A stretch of DNA of 64,000 nt from Patescibacteria group bacterium (GTDB lineage: Bacteria > Patescibacteriota > Dojkabacteria > J137): NCBI GenBank assembly GCA_016861265.1, contig BOLA01000001.1:11569-75568 (forward strand), read 5' to 3'. Under the pieces are notes generated by a model that saw nothing but the letters and a program-made list of their open reading frames with translations, was not told the DNA's origin and made no database searches. A program made the position numbers and the translations under genes. Positions 1 to 10,257 of this stretch are shown in pieces (the stretch's first letter is position 1; each line of letters starts with the position of its first letter).

Positions 1-172
1 CAAAAAGATAAATTGTACTTTCTTTATTATACTTTTGTTTTATATACCATTTTATAGTTAATGCCGTACCCATACAGTCGTAGTCTACAGGTGTAGATGC
101 AATAATCAGAATTCTGTCTGATTGGGAAATTTTTGAATCTAGTGCTAGAGCTTTAGCTTTAATATCATCCAT
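1..172 (-). CDS. DHH-family phosphoesterase (NrnA-like), N-terminal part, runs off window edge
   Basis: Manual translation MDDIKAKALALDSKISQSDRILIIASTPVDYDCMGTALTIKWYI resembles DHH motif I (PDxDxxGSAL); ATG overlaps the TAA of the upstream ORF. Confidence 0.7.
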   Translation of the reverse strand, partial: MDDIKAKALALDSKISQSDRILIIASTPVDYDCMGTALTIKWYIKQKYNKESTIYLF

Positions 173-711
173 TATTCAACGATAATTGTTTTTTCCTTTG
201 TATAAGACTTTCCGTTAAAGAAGACTGTAACTTTAAGTGTTGTTTGCCCTGCAGACAATTTCTTAATTATAGTGCTAGGGTTTGTGTAGCTTTTTCCTAC
301 TTCATCTTCTGTAGATACTGTCGTTCCGTTACTAATAGTCCAGTAAACATTGAATTTATTAGTGTCATTGGCACCCCAGGCTATTCCACCTAATACTGGT
401 GTTACCGATAATCTATATTCTCTTGGCGTATTTCCGGTTAACTCTGCATTAATACTTAGAATAACTTCTACATCGGCATTTGTTTGTTCAACTTGAACAG
501 GCTGATTAGAAGAATAGTAAACTAAACCTAAGGTTCCAACTGCGAAGGTACTCATTAAAATTACAGCTAATGGCTTACCAAGAAACCCATATCTAGGTCT
601 TAAACTATTGATCTGTTTCTGCTGGTTAATTACTATAACTACAAGTAAAACAATAACTATTATTAAAACAACACCAATTATTGTTATGTAGCTGCTAATG
701 TCTGAATCCAT
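172..711 (-). CDS. Hypothetical membrane protein with two TM segments and a beta-rich C-terminal domain
   Basis: ORF track; two hydrophobic segments. Confidence 0.7.
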   Translation of the reverse strand: MDSDISSYITIIGVVLIIVIVLLVVIVINQQKQINSLRPRYGFLGKPLAVILMSTFAVGTLGLVYYSSNQPVQVEQTNADVEVILSINAELTGNTPREYRLSVTPVLGGIAWGANDTNKFNVYWTISNGTTVSTEDEVGKSYTNPSTIIKKLSAGQTTLKVTVFFNGKSYTKEKTIIVE

Positions 712-770
712 TTATATCGCGTAATGTGTACTTTTTTTAGTATAGCGTAAAATTAACAGAAGTTTAAATA

Positions 771-1241
771 TTAACTATTCCCTAAACAAAATTTTGCAAT
801 ATTATTGCGTTTAAAATAGTCTTTAAGAACCAATGAACCTAGGAATAATGAGAATTTTTCTTCATTGAAATGATATTTTATTCTAACGTTATCATGAATA
901 GTTTTGTTAAGCTTATCTAGATATTCTTCCCATTTCTTAAATTCTATATCCTGTTCTTCTGAGTTATTCTTCAAGTTAAACCAAGGAAATTTCTTATCAG
1001 CAATTTTTCTATTTTCTGTAACCAATCTTGTATAAGATGAAGACAGCTTTAATAGTTTTACGAAGGGAAAAGTATTTATATAAATAAAAAATGTCAAAAA
1101 TCCCAAGATAATCGCAACAAGAATAATTTGATATTGTGTTAAAACAATCTTATTAGCTTCTAATACTGGTGATATTAATACTAATTCTACTGAACCGACT
1201 AGAAAACATTTAAGACTTGTTGTATTAAATTTAAGGACCAT
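771..1241 (-). CDS. Hypothetical membrane protein
   Basis: ORF track; one TM segment; starts 5 bp after the rluB-like stop. Confidence 0.5.
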   Translation of the reverse strand: MVLKFNTTSLKCFLVGSVELVLISPVLEANKIVLTQYQIILVAIILGFLTFFIYINTFPFVKLLKLSSSYTRLVTENRKIADKKFPWFNLKNNSEEQDIEFKKWEEYLDKLNKTIHDNVRIKYHFNEEKFSLFLGSLVLKDYFKRNNIAKFCLGNS

Positions 1242-1245
1242 ATAT

Positions 1246-1986
1246 TTATGATTGTTTTTTTAGCTTTTTTACTTCTGCAGCTGTTAAGTACCGCCACTGA
1301 CCAACTTTAATTCCATCCTTGGTTAAATCGGCAAATTTAACTCTATCTAACTTTTGTACAACATAGCCTACATGCTCAAATATTCTTCTTACTATTCTAT
1401 TTCTTCCACTGTGGATTTGAATAGAAACTATTGCCTTATTGTTTCTATCTACATAATTTAATTTATCAGGAGTAATCGTACAGTCTTCAAGTCTAACTCC
1501 GCCTAAGATTTTGTTAAATTTTTCTTCTGTTAGAGGTTTGTTTAAAATAGCAACATAAGTTTTCCTAACCTCGTATTTGGGGTGAGCTAATCTTTGGGTT
1601 AAATCACCATCGTTTGTTAGTAGCAGTACTCCCGTAGTTTCGTAGTCTAGTCTTCCTACAGGGTAGACCTTTTCCTTTGTAGCTTTTTTTATTAAATCGG
1701 TCACTTTCTTTCGCTTTTCAGGATCGTTTGTAGTAGTAATAACGTTAACAGGCTTGTTCAAAAGAATGTAAACATGCTCTGTTTTAGGTCTCATAGCTCT
1801 GCCGTTTACTGCAACTCTATCGGTGGTTTCCACCCTAACGCCTGGCTCTGTAATCTTAATTCCATTTACCGTTACTCTGCCCTGTTTTACTAGTTCTGCT
1901 GCATCTCTTCTTGAACAGTATCCGGAGTGAGAAATAAACTTATTTAAAGGCATTCCATCTAATTTTGTTTCTGCTATTTTGTTCAT
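1246..1986 (-). CDS. rluB: rRNA pseudouridine synthase, RsuA/RluB family
   Basis: S4 domain (LNKFISHSGYCSRRDA), LLNKP, catalytic GRLDYETTGVLLLTNDG, GRNRIVRR. Confidence 0.9.
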   Translation of the reverse strand: MNKIAETKLDGMPLNKFISHSGYCSRRDAAELVKQGRVTVNGIKITEPGVRVETTDRVAVNGRAMRPKTEHVYILLNKPVNVITTTNDPEKRKKVTDLIKKATKEKVYPVGRLDYETTGVLLLTNDGDLTQRLAHPKYEVRKTYVAILNKPLTEEKFNKILGGVRLEDCTITPDKLNYVDRNNKAIVSIQIHSGRNRIVRRIFEHVGYVVQKLDRVKFADLTKDGIKVGQWRYLTAAEVKKLKKQS

Positions 1987-2420
1987 TATTTTAAAGATTC
2001 CTTATAATCAATAAGAATTTTAAGGGACATTGGTGTTAGTTTGTTAGGTTCATTTAATATATTGTCTAACCTATCAAATACTATAGAGCTTCCTTCGTGC
2101 AGCACAAGTTTTCTGTCATCAATGTCTTTAATTATGTAAATATGTATAGTTTTATCTCGACCATCTTTGTCTAGTGTAAGTTTGTAGGTTTTGAAAAATT
2201 CAACCTGAGCACCCTTAAATACAAGTTCAAGTTCTTCAAATAATTCTCTTCTTAATCCACTCCACTTAGTTTCACCTTGCTTTAATGAACCCCCAAATAG
2301 TCCTATTTTCCCTGGAGAAAGTATATTAGGATTATTGTCTCTTTGTTGGAGAATCAATTCGTTATATCTAGAAAGTAGAATAGCGTTTACAGCTTCTTTT
2401 GTTTCTTCAGCTTCGATCAT
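1986..2420 (-). CDS. NUDIX hydrolase
   Basis: Nudix box GGSLKQGETKWSGLRRELFEEL. Confidence 0.85.
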   Translation of the reverse strand: MIEAEETKEAVNAILLSRYNELILQQRDNNPNILSPGKIGLFGGSLKQGETKWSGLRRELFEELELVFKGAQVEFFKTYKLTLDKDGRDKTIHIYIIKDIDDRKLVLHEGSSIVFDRLDNILNEPNKLTPMSLKILIDYKESLK

Positions 2421-2428
2421 ATTTAAAA

Positions 2429-2499
2429 TGGAGATAAGGAGAATCGAACTCCTGCCCCACCCATGCCATGGGTGTATTCTACCGCTGAACTATATCCCC
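2429..2499 (-). tRNA. tRNA-Ala(GGC)
   Basis: GGGGATATAGTTCAGCGGTAGAATACACCCATGGCATGGGTGGGGCAGGAGTTCGATTCTCCTTATCTCCA: cloverleaf, anticodon GGC, G3:U70 Ala identity pair. Confidence 0.95.
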
Positions 2500-2549
2500 T
2501 TAAAATTAATATAGAGATTATAAGGCTTTTTAGGCTTTTATTATAGAGA

Positions 2550-3197
2550 TTACTTAAAGTTTATTGATTTAACAAAATCCTCGAATTTTGTTACTGCTGC
2601 CATATTACCTTGTTTTTCAGCAATTGGGAAAATGCCCGATCCAACACATACCCCACTCTTAATACAGCCATAAACCTGTGTAGTTAAGGCCTGATCTGCT
2701 AATATGTCGCCATTCTCGTTAACTACATTTAAATAGGAGTATTTTAAAGAAACAGTTCCTGAAGCTCCATCAATTTGCTTAATCTCAGTATTTGAAGTTG
2801 TTATACCTACATCGGCAATAGGTTCAAATGAAGTAGATAAGTAATAAGTATCTTGTCCATCAGTAATTGCGTTTATTATGCATGCAGACGTAGATGAATT
2901 AACATCACCGCATTTAATGCCAGAGACCGACTTTGTTTGCATGATTGTATTCACAATATAACTATCGTTAAATGTTAATACCGAATCGGAGAGCTTAACT
3001 TCCTTTAGATTCTCTACAGGAAAAACGGTAATTCCTGCAGCTTCGGATGATTCCGGATAAGAAGCCGTATTAGTATCAAAGTTTAAATTGTTGGAGTTAC
3101 CCTTTTGAGTTAAAAGATATATAACTCCTAAAATAATAACCAGTAATATTACTACTGGAATTCCTATCTTTTTTATATTTATTAAATTTGTATTCAT
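2550..3197 (-). CDS. Hypothetical membrane-anchored exported protein
   Basis: N-terminal TM segment; two Cys pairs. Confidence 0.7.
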   Translation of the reverse strand: MNTNLINIKKIGIPVVILLVIILGVIYLLTQKGNSNNLNFDTNTASYPESSEAAGITVFPVENLKEVKLSDSVLTFNDSYIVNTIMQTKSVSGIKCGDVNSSTSACIINAITDGQDTYYLSTSFEPIADVGITTSNTEIKQIDGASGTVSLKYSYLNVVNENGDILADQALTTQVYGCIKSGVCVGSGIFPIAEKQGNMAAVTKFEDFVKSINFK

Positions 3198-3258
3198 ATT
3201 TAAAGTATATTTAATTTAACAAATCATGTAAATAAATCTTAATGATATACTAGCGTAT

Positions 3259-3777
3259 ATGGAAAGTTTTACAATAGCTGAAGCCAATATAAATGATTTT
3301 AACTCTGTTAAGAATCTAATGTTAAAGGCTCTACAAACTGATCCCACTGCTTTTAGTTCTGACCATTCGGATTATGCTAACAATTCAGATTCATGGTGGC
3401 AAAACTATTTGTATGGTTATTTAAATCAGTTTTACTCAAAATTATTTTTAGCAAAACAGGATAATAAAGTAATTGGTATGGTGGGCATTCTATTGGATAG
3501 CAAGAATAGAAGGAAACATGTTGCATCCGTAGTATGGTTTTATATAGATCCTGAATATAGAAAATTCGGATTGGGGCGAGAATTATTAAAGAATCTAATT
3601 GAATTTGCTAAGACAAATAAAGCTATAAAAAAACTAACTTTACTGGTTAACGCACCACAACACAAGGCAATAGCAATATATAAAGAGTTCGGATTTAGCA
3701 TTTCTGGTACTTTGCAGAAGGAATTATTAATTAATAATGAATTTATTGATGAATATATTATGGAATTGTTTTTATGA
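3259..3777 (+). CDS. GNAT-family N-acetyltransferase
   Basis: FYIDPEYRKFGLGRELL acetyl-CoA motif; AIAIYKEFGF. Confidence 0.9.
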   Translation: MESFTIAEANINDFNSVKNLMLKALQTDPTAFSSDHSDYANNSDSWWQNYLYGYLNQFYSKLFLAKQDNKVIGMVGILLDSKNRRKHVASVVWFYIDPEYRKFGLGRELLKNLIEFAKTNKAIKKLTLLVNAPQHKAIAIYKEFGFSISGTLQKELLINNEFIDEYIMELFL

Positions 3778-4709
3778 ACAAGACGATTGGCGATAGATTA
3801 AAAGAAAAAAGACTTAAACTTGGTTATTCAATTGAAAAAGTCTCTAATGAACTGAAGATTAGACCTGAATTTATAAAAGCATTGGAATCAGATAATTATT
3901 CGGTTTTCTCATCAGATTTATATGCCAAGGGATTTATTAAGAATTATTCCAAATACTTAGAATTAGACCCTGAAAACTTTAGTGCAGTATATAGAAGGGA
4001 CATACAAAGTAATAAACTCCAAGTAAAGAAGTTTAATAATACTAATAGCACTGAAAATGTAAAAAAAACATTTTCCTTTAGCAGACGCAATTTTAAGTTT
4101 GTACTATTATTTTGCTTTATTCTAGTTGTCGGGGTTATAGTTTTATCCATCCTGAATAAAACCTTTGAGCCTCCCGTACTGGAGCTGACTTCGCCAGTAA
4201 CATTAAGTGCCGGGACTACTACATCTTCCGATTATTACGATAAAACTGTTAGACTCATTGGATTAACTTCAACGAATACAGTTATAAAGGTCAATGGCGT
4301 AGTTTTACCTACAAAAACAGATAATACATTTGAGAGTGAGTTATATGCGGTAACTCAAGAATCAAATAAATTTGTAATTGAGGCGATTAGTAATGTGAAT
4401 GTTATTAGCAGAATAGACTTAACCCTAAATAAAAGAAATTCATTTATTGAAGAGAGTCAGGGCATTACAGGAGCTATTCAAATAATTAAGGACAATTCCT
4501 TAATTAAAGTTATTGTTGACGACAAAGAAGTTGTTAATGGTATTTATTTTGAAAATGACTCTATTCCCATTATTGGCGAAACTAATGTAAGCATACAGGC
4601 AGATAAACCTGACAATATAAAAATAGTTTTAAATGGTGAGGAATTTAAAATTACAGAACAAATTTTAAAAATTGGACTTACTAATGGTAGACTAATAGAA
4701 GTAAATTAG
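3774..4709 (+). CDS. rodZ: RodZ-like HTH membrane protein
   Basis: N-terminal HTH (IGDRLKEKRLKLG...YAKGFIKNYSKYLELD), TM segment, beta-rich C-terminus. Confidence 0.75.
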   Translation: MNKTIGDRLKEKRLKLGYSIEKVSNELKIRPEFIKALESDNYSVFSSDLYAKGFIKNYSKYLELDPENFSAVYRRDIQSNKLQVKKFNNTNSTENVKKTFSFSRRNFKFVLLFCFILVVGVIVLSILNKTFEPPVLELTSPVTLSAGTTTSSDYYDKTVRLIGLTSTNTVIKVNGVVLPTKTDNTFESELYAVTQESNKFVIEAISNVNVISRIDLTLNKRNSFIEESQGITGAIQIIKDNSLIKVIVDDKEVVNGIYFENDSIPIIGETNVSIQADKPDNIKIVLNGEEFKITEQILKIGLTNGRLIEVN

Positions 4710-4725
4710 CTTTTAAATTTTCCAT

Positions 4726-5823
4726 ATGAGTGTAATTCTTGACGAATTCTACGTACCTCAAGATTTGAGTATTCTTGACGTTTTAAAAGAAAGTCCAGAC
4801 GCCAGGGAAATTTATCAGCTAACTTTGAGAGATTTCCTGGAAGATATTAGATCGATATTAGAATTAATTAGATCTCCAATTGAGGAAATTTCAATTAAGT
4901 TTGAAGATGTAAAAAGGTACTTAGAAACTCAAGATCCTACACTTGCTAATAGTACAGGAGAATTTCAACAATTAGTTTCAAAGAAAAAAAATGAACTCGA
5001 ACCTATTTTTGACAGATTATCTCAGAATTCTGTTAGAAGCTTTTCTGGATATAATTTGAACCGTGATCAAGAGATCAAATTAAGAAATTATTTATCAAGC
5101 TTTAGGAGCAGAATGGTATCGATGATAACTCATAGACTAAGAACACCTTATGCTGTATTAGGAACAAGTTCATACCTAATTGACAAAATATTAAGCTTGC
5201 AGCCAGATAACTTTAATGACTCAAGGCTTATGGGCAAGACCCAAGTGATTAGTTCGGCGCTTGGTGAATATCAAGAAATATTTGTTGAAATTGAAAAGTT
5301 TTACAATATTTGTTTTGGATTAGATAGAAATAGTGTAAATGTAGAATGGGTTCCATCTGAAAATTTACCTTACTTATTTCTAGATTTACTTGACGAGCCA
5401 ACTTTCCAAGGTTTGAACCTATCGGTTAACAACGAAAGTGAGGCTACAGGTATTAAAATTGATGTAGAGCATATTAAAGAAGCAGTAAGACAAATACTAA
5501 TTAACTCAATTGATTTTTCTAATAGAGGTTCCGATTTAGCAATCTTAGTTAATATAAGAACAGTAAATCAGGAACAAAAAAGATTAGTTATCGAAATTAC
5601 GGACAATGGGGCAGGTATAAAACCCCAAGAATTACAAAATGTCTTTGAGCCATTTTATACACAAGATATGGTAGGTATAGATTTTGCAAATCTACCGGGT
5701 ACAGGTTGTGGTCTAGGACTATCAATTGCTAAAGGGTTAGTAGAAAGGTATGGAGAGATAGGTATTTCAAGTGTTCTAAATCAAGGAACAACTGTTGTAT
5801 TAGATTTTAAAGCTAGGGACTAG
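4726..5823 (+). CDS. Soluble histidine kinase-like protein (HisKA + HATPase_c)
   Basis: H-box THRLRTP, N-box QILINS, DNGAGI, FEPFYT, GCGLGLSIAKGLVE. Confidence 0.8.
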   Translation: MSVILDEFYVPQDLSILDVLKESPDAREIYQLTLRDFLEDIRSILELIRSPIEEISIKFEDVKRYLETQDPTLANSTGEFQQLVSKKKNELEPIFDRLSQNSVRSFSGYNLNRDQEIKLRNYLSSFRSRMVSMITHRLRTPYAVLGTSSYLIDKILSLQPDNFNDSRLMGKTQVISSALGEYQEIFVEIEKFYNICFGLDRNSVNVEWVPSENLPYLFLDLLDEPTFQGLNLSVNNESEATGIKIDVEHIKEAVRQILINSIDFSNRGSDLAILVNIRTVNQEQKRLVIEITDNGAGIKPQELQNVFEPFYTQDMVGIDFANLPGTGCGLGLSIAKGLVERYGEIGISSVLNQGTTVVLDFKARD

Positions 5824-8800
5824 ATGTCATTCACACATTTACATGTTCACACAGAATATTCTTTACTAGACGGAGTTAACAAAATTCCTAAACTTTACGA
5901 ACGCGTAAAGGAACTGGGCATGAATTCCATAGCTATTTCTGACCATGGAGTAATGTATGGAGTTGCTGAATTCTGGAAAAAATCCAAGGAATACGAAGTA
6001 AAACCCATCATAGGCTGCGAAATTTATGTAGCTCCTACTTCTAGAGAATTAAAAGAAGCTGTTAATGGTGTTAAGTATTATCACTTATTACTTCTTGCAA
6101 AAAACTTTCAAGGGTATCAGAACCTATTAAAAATTGTAAGTATTGGCCAACTTGAGGGTATGTACTACAAGCCTAGGGTTGATAAGGAAACTCTTCAAAA
6201 ATATTCTGAAGGATTAGTTTGTACTTCAGCTTGCATGGCAGGCCCCCTATCTAGGCATATTTTAAGAAAAGAGTACGATAAGGCTGATGAATGGCTTAAG
6301 TTCTTAAAGGGTACATTTAATGAAAACTTTTATATAGAACTACAAAGACATGGTTACGATGGAAGTGATGCATTTACAGATGGATTTTCTGAAGGTTTTA
6401 TTCACGATACCTTAGATTCTGCAAGTGGCGAGGAATCTATAGATAACATTAACTTACAGAAATTTTCTAATATAAAACTTAGAGAATTTGCTGATAAATA
6501 TAAAATTCCATTGGTAGCTACAACAGATGCTCACTATTTAAAAAAGGAAGATAAAGACGTACAAACCGTTTTATTTGCAGTTAAAGATGGCAAATTGATT
6601 GATGAACCAGACTGCAGACACGGTTACGAAGGCACGTACTTGTTGTCCCCGGAAGAAATGGAGGTTAAATTTTCCGATTGTAAGGAAGCCTTGGACAATA
6701 CCCAAAGAATTGACGAGCAAATTGAACCATTTTCAATAACATTCGATAGAATTCAACCAAGATTCTGGAATGTTCCAGAAGGAGAAACGGCAGGTAGTGA
6801 ATTAAAACGACAAACTTTTGAAGGTGCACTAAGAAAATATAAAAAATTAGATAAGGTTGATCCAACTAAGTACCAATCAATTCAAAAAGATTTAAAGAAG
6901 AATGACTATAACAGCACTAAGAATACACTGGGAGACGAACTATTCGATAGAATTCAATACGAACTGGAAGTTATTCATGATAAAGGCTACGATGACTACT
7001 TTTTAGTGGTATCTGATATTATGAAGTTTGCCGCAAGATCAGGAATTCTTATGGGTGTTAGGGGATCTGTTGCTGGTTCTGCTGCTGCTCATTGCTTAGA
7101 CATTGTGGAAGTAGATCCTATTAAGTGGGAACTTTATTTCGAAAGATTTCTAAATCCTGAAAGACCTTCCCCTCCTGACATAGACATGGACATTCAAGAC
7201 GACCGAAGAGACGAAATTATTAGGTATGTTGAAGAAAAATACGGAAAGGATGCTGTAGCTGCGATTATTGCAATTGGTAGACTAAAGACTAAGGCAGCAA
7301 TAAGAGACGTAGCAAGAGTAATGGGAATTGACCTAAAGGTAGCGGACCGATTATCAAAAATGGTTCATGTTTTGTTTGGTAAGGTATATACAATCGACAA
7401 AATGATGAAGGAAGATGAAGAGTTTAAAAAGTTGGTAGAATCAGACCCCAAGCTAATGGAACTTTCTAAAGTTGTTCAAAAAATTGAAAACATGGCAAGA
7501 CATTCCAGTGTACATGCTTGTGGTCACTTAATTACTCCGGGACCAATTGTTAATTATGCCCCACTTCAATTGGAATCGGGTGGTGGAGGCAGAACAGTTG
7601 TTCAATTCGAAGGTCCATGGCTTGAAGAGCTGGGTTTAATGAAGTTCGATTTTTTAGGATTAAGGACTTTAACTATAGTAAAAAGAACAATTGAAATTAT
7701 TCAAAAAAAATATGGTGTAAATATTGATTTTTATAACATACCAGAAACTGATAAAAAAACATTCGAATTATTTTCAAGAGGCGAGACAATTGGAGTATTT
7801 CAGTTTGAGTCTCCCCCAATGCAACAATACTTGAAGGAATTAAAACCATCGACTCAGGAAGATATCTGCTTCATGGTTGCGGCCTATAGACCAGGAGCCA
7901 TGAAGTACATCCCAGACTACATTAAAGTTAAGAACGGGCAAAAGGAACCTACTTTTTTAATTCCAGAGCTAGAACCGATATTAGGAGTTACGAATGGCTA
8001 CATGGTTTACCAGGAGCAATTAATGAGGTTATCTGTTGATATAGCCGGCTATAATATGGGACAAGCGGATTCGTTAAGAAAAGCTGTAGGTAAAAAGAAA
8101 CTAGATGTAATGCAGAAGGAAGAACCTAAGCTTAAGGAAGGAGTTTTGGTTAAGGGTTATTCTCAAGAAATTGCTGATAAATTATGGGAAATGCTCTTAC
8201 CGTTTGCCGATTATGGATTTAACAAGGCTCATGCAGCAGGTTATGCAGTATTGGCGTATAAATGTGCTTACTTGAAGGCACACTACCCTTTAGAATTTAT
8301 TACTGCATTAATTCATTCAGATTTGCAAAATCTAGATAGAGTTACAATTGATATTCAAGAAGCAAGAAGAATGGGATACGAGGTCTTATCACCAAGCATT
8401 AATAAATCAGATATTTATTTTATACCTGAAGGTGAAAGCTCAATTAGATTTGGAATAGGAGCTATAAAGAATGTAGGTGTAAAGGTATGTGAACAGATTA
8501 TTAACGAAAGAATAAACGGAGAGTTTCTTAATTTAGATGATCTTGTTTTTAGAGTTGGTACAGAGTTTATAAATAAAAGAGCGTTAGAAGCACTAATTAA
8601 GTCTGGGGCTCTAGATGAGTTTGGTGATAGGAACGCTCTATTAAAAGTAATGCCAGAAGTGTTAGCGAAGGCAAACGTTAAGGTGAAGAAAAGAGATGAG
8701 AACCAAACTGACCTTTTTGGGGATATACTAGACGAAATAGTTCAACCTCAGAAAATGTATTTTGATGCTACCATTTTACCTCAGGTGGAACCTGCAACTG

Positions 8801-9405
8801 ATCACGACAAAATGAACTGGGAAAAGGAATATATGGGTTTGTTTATTTCTACTCATCCATTACATAAATTCGGTTGGGTTGAAATATTCCCAGACTATGT
8901 TTCTGCTAGCAAGATAGACGAAACAAAACCCGGAAAAAATGTGAAAATGCTTTGCATGCTTACTTCTTTTAAGTTTGTTTATACTAAAAAAGATAACTCA
9001 AAAATGGCCATTCTAACTCTTGAAGATATGACCGGTAAAGTTGATGCTGTTATGTTTCCGAGAACATTCGAAAATTATAAACAATATTTAAACGAATCTT
9101 CTCCACTAATTTTACGAGGTTTAATTAACGAAAGGGATGATAGAAAATCGATAATTATTAATAGTATTGAACACGCAAACATATTATCCGAACCAAAGAA
9201 AATAACTGTAGACATAAGGGGAGTGACAGATAAAGATGAGTTGGCCTGTCTTAAAGATGTATTGGGTGCTGATAAAAATGAAGAAACTGCCGAAGTTAAA
9301 ATAATTTATGGAACAAAGAGTGAGAGTAAAACTTTTATTAAATATACAAATCTAAAAGAACAGAAAAATCGTGACTGTTTAAAAAAATGGGTTATAATCG
9401 AATAA
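5824..9405 (+). CDS. dnaE: DNA polymerase III alpha subunit
   Basis: PHP motif HLHVHTEYSLLDG; FERFLNPERPSPPDIDMD; YGFNKAHA; C-terminal OB fold. Confidence 0.98.
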   Translation: MSFTHLHVHTEYSLLDGVNKIPKLYERVKELGMNSIAISDHGVMYGVAEFWKKSKEYEVKPIIGCEIYVAPTSRELKEAVNGVKYYHLLLLAKNFQGYQNLLKIVSIGQLEGMYYKPRVDKETLQKYSEGLVCTSACMAGPLSRHILRKEYDKADEWLKFLKGTFNENFYIELQRHGYDGSDAFTDGFSEGFIHDTLDSASGEESIDNINLQKFSNIKLREFADKYKIPLVATTDAHYLKKEDKDVQTVLFAVKDGKLIDEPDCRHGYEGTYLLSPEEMEVKFSDCKEALDNTQRIDEQIEPFSITFDRIQPRFWNVPEGETAGSELKRQTFEGALRKYKKLDKVDPTKYQSIQKDLKKNDYNSTKNTLGDELFDRIQYELEVIHDKGYDDYFLVVSDIMKFAARSGILMGVRGSVAGSAAAHCLDIVEVDPIKWELYFERFLNPERPSPPDIDMDIQDDRRDEIIRYVEEKYGKDAVAAIIAIGRLKTKAAIRDVARVMGIDLKVADRLSKMVHVLFGKVYTIDKMMKEDEEFKKLVESDPKLMELSKVVQKIENMARHSSVHACGHLITPGPIVNYAPLQLESGGGGRTVVQFEGPWLEELGLMKFDFLGLRTLTIVKRTIEIIQKKYGVNIDFYNIPETDKKTFELFSRGETIGVFQFESPPMQQYLKELKPSTQEDICFMVAAYRPGAMKYIPDYIKVKNGQKEPTFLIPELEPILGVTNGYMVYQEQLMRLSVDIAGYNMGQADSLRKAVGKKKLDVMQKEEPKLKEGVLVKGYSQEIADKLWEMLLPFADYGFNKAHAAGYAVLAYKCAYLKAHYPLEFITALIHSDLQNLDRVTIDIQEARRMGYEVLSPSINKSDIYFIPEGESSIRFGIGAIKNVGVKVCEQIINERINGEFLNLDDLVFRVGTEFINKRALEALIKSGALDEFGDRNALLKVMPEVLAKANVKVKKRDENQTDLFGDILDEIVQPQKMYFDATILPQVEPATDHDKMNWEKEYMGLFISTHPLHKFGWVEIFPDYVSASKIDETKPGKNVKMLCMLTSFKFVYTKKDNSKMAILTLEDMTGKVDAVMFPRTFENYKQYLNESSPLILRGLINERDDRKSIIINSIEHANILSEPKKITVDIRGVTDKDELACLKDVLGADKNEETAEVKIIYGTKSESKTFIKYTNLKEQKNRDCLKKWVIIE

Positions 9406-9777
9406 ATGAATAACGGAGATATTCTAAAATTTACTCCTGAAAATTCTGAAAACATTTCGGAAAAAATAACTCTCCTAGCTGAAAAATACAGCAAGCAAAT
9501 TACACAAATATTAAACCCAGAAATTAGAAGAATATTCACATTCTTTATAAGCGATCTAAAAATGGCAGGTATTCTATTAGAATCTGGAGAACCCATTACA
9601 TACAAAGATTACATAAGAATTAAGGGTGATTGTTCAATGTTCTACGATCATCTGTCTGCCGAAGATACTGCTATAGTTGACCAAATTATTATTGCATTAG
9701 GTAAACTGCCAATTATTGATTTTAACTTAAGATCTTTGGATCAAACAGAAGATAAACAAGATTCAGTAGCTGCATAA
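9406..9777 (+). CDS. Hypothetical protein
   Basis: ORF abuts the dnaE stop codon. Confidence 0.6.
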   Translation: MNNGDILKFTPENSENISEKITLLAEKYSKQITQILNPEIRRIFTFFISDLKMAGILLESGEPITYKDYIRIKGDCSMFYDHLSAEDTAIVDQIIIALGKLPIIDFNLRSLDQTEDKQDSVAA

Positions 9778-9793
9778 TTATTAATCGTATTAT

Positions 9794-10222
9794 ATGTCAC
9801 GAAAATGGAATGAATACCCTGTAGAAAACGGGCAAATTATTTATGATCAAAATCTGGATAAAAACCGACAAATCGGTTTTGCATCTTTAGCCCTGTACAG
9901 ACAAATGATTAACCTTGCTAGAGAGCAATATGCCGACACTTATCTTTTTGAAGAAATAAAGACCATTGCAACTCAAATGAGATACTTTATAGTAGGCAAT
10001 AATAATGCATCCCTAAGTGTATTGAACTTTTCATTGTCAAAGGTTAAACAGTATAAAGTAGAACAGGAATTAGGATATTTAATAGATTTGTGCTTGGAAA
10101 TTGTTAAAGCAATTATTGGCAATAAGGAGTATGTAGAAATTCTGCTTAATGGAACAGAACTTGCTGGAATTTATACTATTGAACAAACAAAGGATATAAT
10201 TGAAGCCGAGTTAGAACCCTAA
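9794..10222 (+). CDS. Hypothetical protein
   Basis: ORF track; followed by a terminator. Confidence 0.6.
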   Translation: MSRKWNEYPVENGQIIYDQNLDKNRQIGFASLALYRQMINLAREQYADTYLFEEIKTIATQMRYFIVGNNNASLSVLNFSLSKVKQYKVEQELGYLIDLCLEIVKAIIGNKEYVEILLNGTELAGIYTIEQTKDIIEAELEP

Positions 10223-10249
10223 AAAAGGCTCCTTTTTGGAGCCTTTTTT
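10221..10249. terminator. Bidirectional intrinsic terminator between convergent dnaE operon and dnaK
   Basis: AAAAAAGGCTCC-TTTTT-GGAGCCTTTTTT. Confidence 0.9.
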
Positions 10250-10257
10250 ATTATTAA

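Noticed and set aside
5824-9405. Intein in dnaE
   Set aside because: Length is normal; only two short inserts, with no C...HN splice motifs or endonuclease domain
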